Shown piece after piece: positions 16,739-24,169 of a DNA stretch of 24,316 nucleotides (position 1 is the stretch's first letter; each line of letters begins with the position of its first letter). Below the pieces are notes generated by a model, which saw only the letters and a program-made list of their open reading frames with translations, did not search any database and was not told where the DNA came from. The DNA lies in IMG/VR virus record IMGVR_UViG_3300042363_000095, positions 1-24,316 of that record; one strand, 5' to 3'. Made by a program: the position numbers and the translations under genes. The DNA comes from a virus. Its lineage: Duplodnaviria; Caudoviricetes.

Positions 16739-17791
16739 TTATCCGTCAATGTTTTCGCCTGCCACAATTGCACCTGTTGTTCCGGTGATTACATCTGCAC
16801 CAATAATTGCATCAATCACGGTTGCCTGTGCAATACCAAATCCAATGTCTGTGATTGGCGCACCAATTGTGTTTGCACCTTCTTTTGGCAATACAATCAT
16901 TGAACAACGGCAATTTATTACGTTGCTTGCTGATCCATTAGGATCGCCCGGCCTTTGTAATGACTCACCACCAACCGAAAATTTGCTATTAAATGGCACA
17001 ACCTGCCCATTTGCTGACCTGTGTGCATCACGAACACGTGCATCAAATCCTGATCTCCACGTTTTTGTTAAATCCTGACCTGCAAACAAATTGACCGCTG
17101 CCTGTTCTGTTGCGTAATTGGCTGCGTTTGTTGCCTCCGTTCTAACAATCCTGCGTGCCTGATAATCTGCTAAACCATCAAATTTTTGGCGCAACATCTT
17201 TGATTGCACCTTTTCACCGGCTGATTGGAAAACAGGATCGGCCATAAATTGGCGAATTGTATTTGTCAATGTAGCCTGTGCCGTGGATGAAACCATTGTC
17301 ACCCTTTGTCCTGCCACCTGCCGGCCCATAAACGCAAATGCATTGCGCCAAATAGATTGCATATTGGCCGGATCGGCTTTTGGCATATATTTCTGCACGT
17401 TTTTCGAATACCAATTGGCAAATTGCAAACCAATTTTGGAATACATCCCCTCATACATATCAATGTATTTGGCATCCTGAAAAAATCCCTGTGCTGTGGC
17501 CTGTGTCATCTGCCCAACCTTTAAATAAAGATCAATGGCATCATTGTATTCGGCCTTGTAAAACTCCGTAAAATCACGAACAGATGTGCGTTCTGCTTTC
17601 TCTAATTGGTTTTCAAAATCATTCTCCCAATCTTTCTGCGCCTTTGTTTCTTTCTGTGGATCAAACAAAGTGCTACAAACCGCAACACGCTGTTCAATGG
17701 TATCAAAATCATTGATAATATTAGGATCAATGACACAACGGCCCATAAAATCATTCCGGCTTTCACCTTCCTGTGGATTTGGCAACGGCAT
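16739..17791 (-). CDS. Minor head / head morphogenesis protein (Mu gpF / SPP1 gp7-like)
   Basis: ARRIVRTE, KTW...D.RVRDAH, PGDP...INCRC motifs; extra N-terminal two-Cys domain. Confidence 0.9.
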   Translation of the reverse strand: MPLPNPQEGESRNDFMGRCVIDPNIINDFDTIEQRVAVCSTLFDPQKETKAQKDWENDFENQLEKAERTSVRDFTEFYKAEYNDAIDLYLKVGQMTQATAQGFFQDAKYIDMYEGMYSKIGLQFANWYSKNVQKYMPKADPANMQSIWRNAFAFMGRQVAGQRVTMVSSTAQATLTNTIRQFMADPVFQSAGEKVQSKMLRQKFDGLADYQARRIVRTEATNAANYATEQAAVNLFAGQDLTKTWRSGFDARVRDAHRSANGQVVPFNSKFSVGGESLQRPGDPNGSASNVINCRCSMIVLPKEGANTIGAPITDIGFGIAQATVIDAIIGADVITGTTGAIVAGENIDG

Positions 17792-17794
17792 AAA

Positions 17795-19162
17795 CTAAAC
17801 GTTTAATGGCTTGGGGTTTTCCAATGCCGGCATTGTTGGATTCTGTTGCATTAAATTAGCCGGGATGAAATAGTCATCCATAAACGGATTTTCTGTGTCC
17901 ATAGCATAATTCATTGCATCACGTTTTTCGTTTGGTGTAACCCACCACGCTGATGCTAATTGTGACACCAATTTGTCCACTTCTTCCTGCATTTCACTTA
18001 TTACCGTGAAATCAAAATCAATGAAATATTCTTTGCCAAATTTCGGTGCTAACCAACGATTCAATTCATCACGAATTTTGATTAATTCAGGGATTACCGC
18101 ATTTTGATACAATGCCTTTTTAGCCTCCTTCATATTGTTGTATGTGGATGCATCTGTATTGTTTAGCAACTGCACAGGGATGTTGTATAAATTACACAAA
18201 TCCTTCACCGTTCCATTGTATTGCTCAATCAATGACAAATCAGATGCTGACAAACCAAAATTCACCCAACTCAAATCCTTTGGTGTGATGATCACATCAC
18301 CTGCGTTTGTTGCACCCTGATAATTTTTTCTAAATTTATCTTTTAATGCCTGCGCCTGAACCTCAGTCAAATTGCCATCCTTTGAAATCAACATACCACG
18401 TGATGTTTGATTCTGTAAATATTTTAATCCGGTGGTTACGGCTTCATTGTTGGCCGATAAAACACGCAGGCCGGCACGCAAAGGTGACTGACCATATAGG
18501 TTTGAACCGCTGCTGTCGTAATCCGGATTAAAATCTTTGATGTGGCAAATGTATTCGGGTGCAACCTCAATCATTGAATTATATTGGATTTTGTACCCTG
18601 CCACCGGTTGCATCACACCATTTGAAACGATTTCAACCAATTGTGATGGTAAATTGTACAACTCTGTGAATTTACCTTGATTTGGCCCTGAATCCGGCCC
18701 GATGCCGTAGATGTAACGGTTTCCTGTTAGTTTACCGAATGCAACTATTTCACCCAACCACGCTGAAAATGATTGTGCCGGGTTTGGTCTGCTCAATAAT
18801 GCCTCCAAATCCGAATCCTTTATTTCTTCAAATGCTCTTTTGCGTAATATGTTGGCCTTGTATATTGCAGGGCCATCCATCACACCTGATGTCATTGCCT
18901 TGTATTGCTTTGCTGTGCCTTCATTTGTGACACGGTAAACAGAAACAGGAATTGTGGTGGCTGCCTTAACAATCAGGTTAATGATTGAATAAATGGTGGC
19001 ATTGCGTTGATACCCATCACGAATGTATGTGGTATCGTTGTCCTCATTCATTATGATATTCGTGCCAAGCCACGTATAAATCAATTTATTGTATGCCTCG
19101 TTTGTGCCGCTTGATAATGCCTTGGCAATGGATTGTTTGAATGTATCAATGATTGATGCCAT
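17795..19162 (-). CDS. Portal protein, HK97 family (455 aa)
   Basis: LLSRPNP, LTGNRY, YGQSPL, YNIPVQLL and TPNEKR motifs. Confidence 0.93.
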   Translation of the reverse strand: MASIIDTFKQSIAKALSSGTNEAYNKLIYTWLGTNIIMNEDNDTTYIRDGYQRNATIYSIINLIVKAATTIPVSVYRVTNEGTAKQYKAMTSGVMDGPAIYKANILRKRAFEEIKDSDLEALLSRPNPAQSFSAWLGEIVAFGKLTGNRYIYGIGPDSGPNQGKFTELYNLPSQLVEIVSNGVMQPVAGYKIQYNSMIEVAPEYICHIKDFNPDYDSSGSNLYGQSPLRAGLRVLSANNEAVTTGLKYLQNQTSRGMLISKDGNLTEVQAQALKDKFRKNYQGATNAGDVIITPKDLSWVNFGLSASDLSLIEQYNGTVKDLCNLYNIPVQLLNNTDASTYNNMKEAKKALYQNAVIPELIKIRDELNRWLAPKFGKEYFIDFDFTVISEMQEEVDKLVSQLASAWWVTPNEKRDAMNYAMDTENPFMDDYFIPANLMQQNPTMPALENPKPLNV

Positions 19163-19181
19163 TTGTATTGCTTTTTTTTCT

Positions 19182-19189
19182 CAAAAATA
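19182..19189 (-). promoter_or_regulatory. -7 box TATTTTTG upstream of portal gene
   Basis: TAnnTTTG in the 32-bp gap, followed by an A-rich leader ending TACAA-ATG, like 312-333. Confidence 0.55.
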
Positions 19190-19194
19190 CATAA

Positions 19195-20379
19195 TTAAAC
19201 CACAAAAAAATCAGAACGATTTTTGTATTTGGTATAAACCCCATACCGGATTGCATCCATCAGGTGATTGTGTTTGTCTATTGGCTTATTTATAATCGTT
19301 CCATCCTTTAATTGCTCCCAAAAATAAAACTGAAATTCATTGTTTAAATTATGCGATTCGGATGAACAGATGACCTCGTGTTCCTTTAATAAACTAATCC
19401 CGGCCTTGATTGATCCCTCCCCTTTTATCGCAGGAACGGCCAAAATATCCATCTGCCTTAATTCCTCAATTGATTTCGGTTCGGCTGATTCACAATAAAT
19501 TATGTGTTCATTTAGTTTTTTTTCTTTTAGGAAATCGGCAATGTCCCGGTTTGTCATTCCCTTTTTGTACATAATTTCGTGAATGTACAATTTGTCACCA
19601 ACCTTCGCCAATTCCACAATGGCCGTTGGATCGTGACTGAATCCAAAATCAAGGCCATAAAACACATCATCAAATTCAGGAAAATCAACCTTTGGAATAA
19701 ATTGCCAATTAGGAAATATTTGGCGATCACTAAACACCGCACGTTTTCCCTCACCGTAAACCCTCCAATAATCCGGATCTTTGGCTTTTAACCGTTCAAT
19801 TTCTTTCACCAACTCAGCCGGCAGGAACTTATTATCTTTATACGTTGTGATCCACATATCACAATCATCACGTGTGATCACCTCATCATAAATCCAATGC
19901 ACCGGATCAGATGGATTGAAATCACAAATCATTTCATCCGTTGTTCGCATCAGCAACTGCCGGAAATCTTCGTGATCTAATTCGTTTACCTCATTGCAAT
20001 AGCAAATATTTCGTTTCCTACCCCTGATTTTCTGTGGTTCATCAACAGAAAGAAATTCCACCACGTGATTGCCAAACGTGTACGTGTTTTCGGATTTGTT
20101 GTGTTGGCCCACATAAAGGATGCCCAATATGTCCAAGATTTCAAGAAAATCACGCATCACCGATCCTTTCAGGGCCGGCAACGTTTTACGGACAATCGAA
20201 ATCACCAACGGTTTCTGTGATGATGTCAATTTGTAGATTAGATATTGGCACAGGGCATACGTTTTCCCGGAACGTGTACCGCCTTGATGAACCTTGATTC
20301 TTTTGGTGCTGTTTAACGTTTGGAAAAACTGAATGTTGCATTTCTGCTCTATTCGTTTTCTTTTTGGGCCGGTGTCCAT
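19195..20379 (-). CDS. terL: Terminase large subunit, PBSX/SPP1-like
   Basis: Walker A GGTRSGKT, Walker B CYCNE, DFNP coupling motif, nuclease GLDFG..DP and NHLMDAIRY. Confidence 0.95.
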   Translation of the reverse strand: MDTGPKRKRIEQKCNIQFFQTLNSTKRIKVHQGGTRSGKTYALCQYLIYKLTSSQKPLVISIVRKTLPALKGSVMRDFLEILDILGILYVGQHNKSENTYTFGNHVVEFLSVDEPQKIRGRKRNICYCNEVNELDHEDFRQLLMRTTDEMICDFNPSDPVHWIYDEVITRDDCDMWITTYKDNKFLPAELVKEIERLKAKDPDYWRVYGEGKRAVFSDRQIFPNWQFIPKVDFPEFDDVFYGLDFGFSHDPTAIVELAKVGDKLYIHEIMYKKGMTNRDIADFLKEKKLNEHIIYCESAEPKSIEELRQMDILAVPAIKGEGSIKAGISLLKEHEVICSSESHNLNNEFQFYFWEQLKDGTIINKPIDKHNHLMDAIRYGVYTKYKNRSDFFVV

Positions 20380-20714
20380 TGTATTACGGCTGATTCAATG
20401 CCTGTTTCGTGTACAACCTCCGTGCGTTCAACATATCCCCGTTGTTTGCCTTTGGTCTTTAAATAAAAAATGGTGGCTGTTGTGTTGCCATCTTTAATCT
20501 GCTTATGCAATTGCGATTCTGCAAAATCCAATGTCATATCGGATAATTCATCAACGGCCTTTTTGTATTCCGGATCATCACGCATCCAATCGTAATGCAT
20601 TGAACGGTTGATGTTTGCAATCTTTGCAGCGGATGTGACAATCCCCAAAGACTTTTCAAGGGCCTCCAACATACGTTTTTTGTTCAGTTTTGTCACACTT
20701 TTAGGTACTGCCAT
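20349..20714 (-). CDS. terS: Terminase small subunit
   Basis: HTH-like GIVTSAAKIANINRSMHYDW, TATIFYLKTKGKQRGYVER; overlaps terL start by 31 nt. Confidence 0.85.
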   Translation of the reverse strand: MAVPKSVTKLNKKRMLEALEKSLGIVTSAAKIANINRSMHYDWMRDDPEYKKAVDELSDMTLDFAESQLHKQIKDGNTTATIFYLKTKGKQRGYVERTEVVHETGIESAVIQWTPAQKENE

Positions 20715-20717
20715 ATT

Positions 20718-21863
20718 CTATTTATCTGATTCGTAAATCTCGCCATTTTTCTTAATCACTAAACTCGGATCAAGTTTTTTCATTCTGTCAATTATTACCT
20801 GACAATATTTTGGATCTAATTCCATCAACCTTGCCTTTCTTTTTAACTGATGACAACCAACCATTGTTGAACCACTTCCTCCAAATAAATCTAAAATAAT
20901 CTCAGCCTTTTTATGATTATTTAAAGCTCTTTCAGAAAGGGCAATTGGCTTTTGTGTTGGATGCACATAATTGTGGTCTTTTTTAATTTCCCACAAATCA
21001 GATTCATTATTAATACCTTCATCCAATTTGCCTTCAAAAAAACAAAATTCGTGTTGATGGCGATAACCTCTACCTAAACCAAATACATTTTTTGCCCAAA
21101 CAATACAGGCATTTAATGTAAAATGTTGCTGCAATGTTCCGTAAAACTTCCAATTGCACCAAATATATTTTATTGGTATTTGTAATGCGTGAACTGTTTG
21201 TGCAAATTCTTCAATAAATTTATCAAATGTATCTGTGTCTAAATTATCATTTTCAATTACATCAAATTTCCCACTCCTTCCATTAAATGAAACATTATAA
21301 GGTGGATCAGTAAATAATAAATCTGCTTTTTGATTATTTAATAATTTATCAACGTGTGACAAATTTGTACTGTCACCACACAGCAAACGATGTGGCCCAA
21401 TTTCAAATAAATCACCCAAAACAATATCAGTTTCCAATCCACCTTCCGGCGCATCATAATCATCCTCATCCGCTGTGCCTGCATCAATGATGTCCATCAC
21501 AGGCAAATCCAAACCCCAATCAATCAATTCCTCTTGATCCCATTCATTGGCTAATATATCCCAATCCCATTCACCAAATCCTACATTGTCGGAAATAATA
21601 AACCGTTTCTGTTGCTCAGGTGTCAATGTGGATGCCTTAATAATCGGCACACGCTTCAATCCTGCCTCAATACAGGCCCGCAATCTCATATTACCACCCA
21701 ACACCACACAATTATCATCAACAATGATTGGGCGCAATTGTAGCATTTCCGGAAACTCCTTTATGGACTTGACCAATTTTTTAAATTTGTCATCCTTAAT
21801 CAATCTCGGATTATTCGGATGCGGAATTACTAATTTGATGTTTATTTCCTCAATCATTGTCAT
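20718..21863 (-). CDS. ParB/Srx-domain fused N6A/N4C DNA methyltransferase (beta class)
   Basis: NNPR..I, RPIIVD, LGGNMRLRA (ParB-like); HRLLCGDST, TDPPY, HPTQKP, DLFGGSGST, MELDPKY. Start at 21863 or 21857. Confidence 0.92.
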   Translation of the reverse strand: MTMIEEINIKLVIPHPNNPRLIKDDKFKKLVKSIKEFPEMLQLRPIIVDDNCVVLGGNMRLRACIEAGLKRVPIIKASTLTPEQQKRFIISDNVGFGEWDWDILANEWDQEELIDWGLDLPVMDIIDAGTADEDDYDAPEGGLETDIVLGDLFEIGPHRLLCGDSTNLSHVDKLLNNQKADLLFTDPPYNVSFNGRSGKFDVIENDNLDTDTFDKFIEEFAQTVHALQIPIKYIWCNWKFYGTLQQHFTLNACIVWAKNVFGLGRGYRHQHEFCFFEGKLDEGINNESDLWEIKKDHNYVHPTQKPIALSERALNNHKKAEIILDLFGGSGSTMVGCHQLKRKARLMELDPKYCQVIIDRMKKLDPSLVIKKNGEIYESDK

Positions 21864-21913
21864 TAATATTTTGCCAATTTTGATAAACAAAACTGATTGT
21901 TGTTAATGTATTG

Positions 21914-22000
21914 CAGTCAGGACAGGATTCGAACCTGTAAAAATTAAATGCTTTATAGACTTATTACATTTGATGCGTTTACCCATTCCGCTACCTGACT
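21914..22000 (-). ncRNA. tRNA-like element / pseudo-tRNA (87 nt), no assignable anticodon
   Basis: Acceptor AGTCAGG/CCTGACT 7/7, T8A9, D arm GCG-GAATGGGTAAA-CGC, T arm ACAGG-TTCGAAT-CCTGT 5/5; anticodon arm non-canonical; 3' end G-CAA. Confidence 0.85.
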
Positions 22001-22003
22001 ATT

Positions 22004-22105
22004 TTATTTTTCGGTTTTATTCCAAATGATGTATGCCATCACACAAATGTATGCAATTTCAATTGCACCAACCCACCACGCTAATGTGACTAAATCATCA
22101 ATCAT
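22004..22105 (-). CDS. Small membrane peptide (33 aa)
   Basis: MIDDLVTLAWWVGAIEIAYICVMAYIIWNKTEK; fills the gap ahead of the tRNA-like element. Confidence 0.5.
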   Translation of the reverse strand: MIDDLVTLAWWVGAIEIAYICVMAYIIWNKTEK

Positions 22106-22116
22106 AATATTATTGT

Positions 22117-22236
22117 TTAATCCATCCATTTGCCGTGATTAATTAAATGCCACGTTCTGTGCTTTAAAACTTCAATAATTAATTGAAATAATGTGTCCGC
22201 TTCATAGCTGCCAACACCTTTTATGATTAGTTTCAT
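22117..22236 (-). CDS. Small hypothetical protein (39 aa)
   Basis: MKLIIKGVGSYEADTLFQLIIEVLKHRTWHLINHGKWMD; ATGA overlap with the upstream stop. Confidence 0.55.
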   Translation of the reverse strand: MKLIIKGVGSYEADTLFQLIIEVLKHRTWHLINHGKWMD

Positions 22237-22451
22237 CCCTGAAATTTGTCTAATTCTCGTTTGATATACCACAGGGATTTTTCCAAATCCTGTTTCTTAT
22301 TGCCTTTTTTGTCGGCCCTCAAAATATATTTGATTGCGTTCCCCAAATTAAAATTTAGGCTGAACCCTTCGATTACATCAATTGCCTCGATGCCTCCATC
22401 AGATTGATAATGTTGCGGATGATCCACCATTTCACGGCTGTCATTTGTCAT
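22233..22451 (-). CDS. DUF3310-family protein
   Basis: VDHPQHY, IEAIDVI, FNLGNAIKYILRA..K, QDLEKSLWY motifs. Confidence 0.88.
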   Translation of the reverse strand: MTNDSREMVDHPQHYQSDGGIEAIDVIEGFSLNFNLGNAIKYILRADKKGNKKQDLEKSLWYIKRELDKFQG

Positions 22452-22524
22452 TTTGTATTGATTAGGTAAATATGTGCTTTTGTTTCCGGCAGTTATTCAT
22501 CACCCAACTGCTCCACAAATTTAT

Positions 22525-22911
22525 TTAATTTTTCCATAGGTTTGACATTGGTTTTTCCCAACAATCAATCCCATAAGATTTTAGCAAAATATTAATCTGT
22601 GTATTCAATGAATCTTTCTTTGTTTGATCCATCTGATCCATTTCCATTCCAAGCATAAAAAATGCCTCCATTGCTGTGCAAGCATTTTGGAATGTATCCA
22701 ACGCATCAGGCAATTCCGGATCATCGTTGCGATCCTGTGGAAACAATACGGCCATTGTCTTTTCCAACTCCCGGATCATTTGTTTGGTGACCATTTTCAC
22801 GGCCTGTTTGTTTGCCGGATGACCGTGCCACGATCCATCAATGAAATCCAACATATTTTGGCACAGGGCAAAGAATGTCAATAGTCTAATTTTGTCTTTT
22901 GTAGTTTTCAT
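22525..22911 (-). CDS. Hypothetical protein (128 aa)
   Basis: Co-oriented ORF with ATG AAA start; no recognised motif. Confidence 0.7.
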   Translation of the reverse strand: MKTTKDKIRLLTFFALCQNMLDFIDGSWHGHPANKQAVKMVTKQMIRELEKTMAVLFPQDRNDDPELPDALDTFQNACTAMEAFFMLGMEMDQMDQTKKDSLNTQINILLKSYGIDCWEKPMSNLWKN

Positions 22912-22959
22912 CGGTTTGTATTTTTAGCATTTACGGCCGTTTATTGCCTTGTATTTTTG

Positions 22960-23148
22960 TCATTTACCAATATTTAGCAAATCGGTTGGGAATTTATAGG
23001 GATCAATGCACAAATCAAGTTTAATGATTTTGTGGAATATCATTAATTCCTGTATTTCCTCAATGATTTCAATTGCCTCCTCACGTGTTATGCCATCAGA
23101 ACATTTGATGTCACCGTGAACAAATATGTCATCATCTTGAAATACCAT
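22960..23148 (-). CDS. Hypothetical acidic protein (62 aa)
   Basis: Likely start MVFQDDDIF at 23148, leaving a short overlap with the upstream gene. Confidence 0.6.
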   Translation of the reverse strand: MVFQDDDIFVHGDIKCSDGITREEAIEIIEEIQELMIFHKIIKLDLCIDPYKFPTDLLNIGK

Positions 23149-23359
23149 TGTAGTAAATTTTAAAATTGCGCACACGATTGTAAACCACACGTTTTTCCAT
23201 TTCTGATCCGTGCATCAGCCGGGCCACACAGGTTTCAAGAAATAATTTTGGATTGTGGATTGTTTCCCACGCATTCACCTTAATTGGCTGTTCTGTGAAA
23301 TCAGGATCAGCAATTTTTTCATTGGCCCAATCAATGGCCTTTTGTCTGTTAATATTCAT
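23132..23359 (-). CDS. Hypothetical protein (75 aa), possibly DUF6965-like
   Basis: PIKVNAWETIHNPKLFLET resembles a small Bacteroidota family (recalled, not searched). Confidence 0.6.
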   Translation of the reverse strand: MNINRQKAIDWANEKIADPDFTEQPIKVNAWETIHNPKLFLETCVARLMHGSEMEKRVVYNRVRNFKIYYNGISR

Positions 23360-23363
23360 ATGT

Positions 23364-23591
23364 TTACAAATTAAATTGATCTGCTTTTGCTTCGCTTATA
23401 ATAAAGGGATCAGATGTTGCGTAAATTTCAAAACGAACATCCTGCCAATATGCTGAATCTTGTTCAGAATCTGTTAGGTCATCAATAATTTCAAACACGG
23501 CCATTGCTGCGCATTGTTTTGCTGTGTCAAAATCATTGGTAATGCTTTTGTATTTGGCGATTAATGTTTTCGCCTTTTCGTATGGTGTCAT
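23364..23591 (-). CDS. Hypothetical phage protein (75 aa)
   Basis: MTP.EKA...AKQCA..AV.EII...YWQDV pattern; ATGA overlap with VRR-NUC stop. Confidence 0.75.
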   Translation of the reverse strand: MTPYEKAKTLIAKYKSITNDFDTAKQCAAMAVFEIIDDLTDSEQDSAYWQDVRFEIYATSDPFIISEAKADQFNL

Positions 23592-24013
23592 CGTATTGTT
23601 GTTTGATTTTCTAATTTTCCATCAATGTATCCTGATCGGTATGCATTCATAATTTTGTCCTGTACGACAAATCGTTGCGCCTCATAATATTTTAGCTTTT
23701 CAATCAATTCATCCAATGATCGCACAATTATGTATTCATAACCGCAATCCCTTGCTTTCTGCTCGAAATCCTTTTGGTTTGGCTGTTGATAATTGCCTGC
23801 AATCTTAACCTCAACAAATAGGCCGTGAAACGTTTGGTTTGGCAAAAGGATCAACAGATCAGCCACACCGGCTTTCACACCTTCCGCCTTTAATTTGGCC
23901 GCAACTGCTTTGTTTCTCCATCCACCGTTTGGAATGGCAAAAAACGTGTAATTGTTCAAATCTAAATATTTGGCCAAAACCGTTTGCAATCTGTGTTCGT
24001 GTTCGTTTCTCAT
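23588..24013 (-). CDS. VRR-NUC domain nuclease (PD-(D/E)xK)
   Basis: EHRLQ, AIPNGG.R, GVKAGVADL, LFVEVK, Q..F...GY.Y.IVRS motifs. Confidence 0.9.
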   Translation of the reverse strand: MRNEHEHRLQTVLAKYLDLNNYTFFAIPNGGWRNKAVAAKLKAEGVKAGVADLLILLPNQTFHGLFVEVKIAGNYQQPNQKDFEQKARDCGYEYIIVRSLDELIEKLKYYEAQRFVVQDKIMNAYRSGYIDGKLENQTTIR

Positions 24014-24147
24014 TTTGCCGTGTGTTTAATATAGACAATCATTTGTTTTTTGCCACCATTCCTTTGCTTTCTGACCTGATTAATTGCAATACATACAATT
24101 GATCCAATCGTGATTAAAACTGCGCTTAAAATCAAATTCTTTTTCAT
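24010..24147 (-). CDS. Small membrane-anchored protein (45 aa)
   Basis: MKKNLILSAVLITIGSIVCIAINQVRKQR...; stop overlaps the VRR-NUC start (ATGA). Confidence 0.55.
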   Translation of the reverse strand: MKKNLILSAVLITIGSIVCIAINQVRKQRNGGKKQMIVYIKHTAK

Positions 24148-24169
24148 ATGTCGGTTATTGGTTTAGTTA

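Noticed and set aside
21950-21968. CTA in the tRNA-like loop as an amber suppressor, implying TAG recoding
   Set aside because: No stem frames CTA in a 7-nt loop, and TAG ends the capsid (14794) and endolysin (11934) genes at expected lengths.
22493-22537. 14-aa ORF MEKLNKFVEQLGDE whose start region matches linker 1 of the candidate sRNA (13/14)
   Set aside because: Too short to support as a gene, and a match of this length in AT-rich sequence can arise by chance.
52-24102. Plus-strand ORFs in the track (e.g. 3047-3559, 4189-4707, 9889-10287)
   Set aside because: They lie antisense to well-supported minus-strand genes and have no motifs; scarcity of plus-strand TAG lengthens shadow frames.
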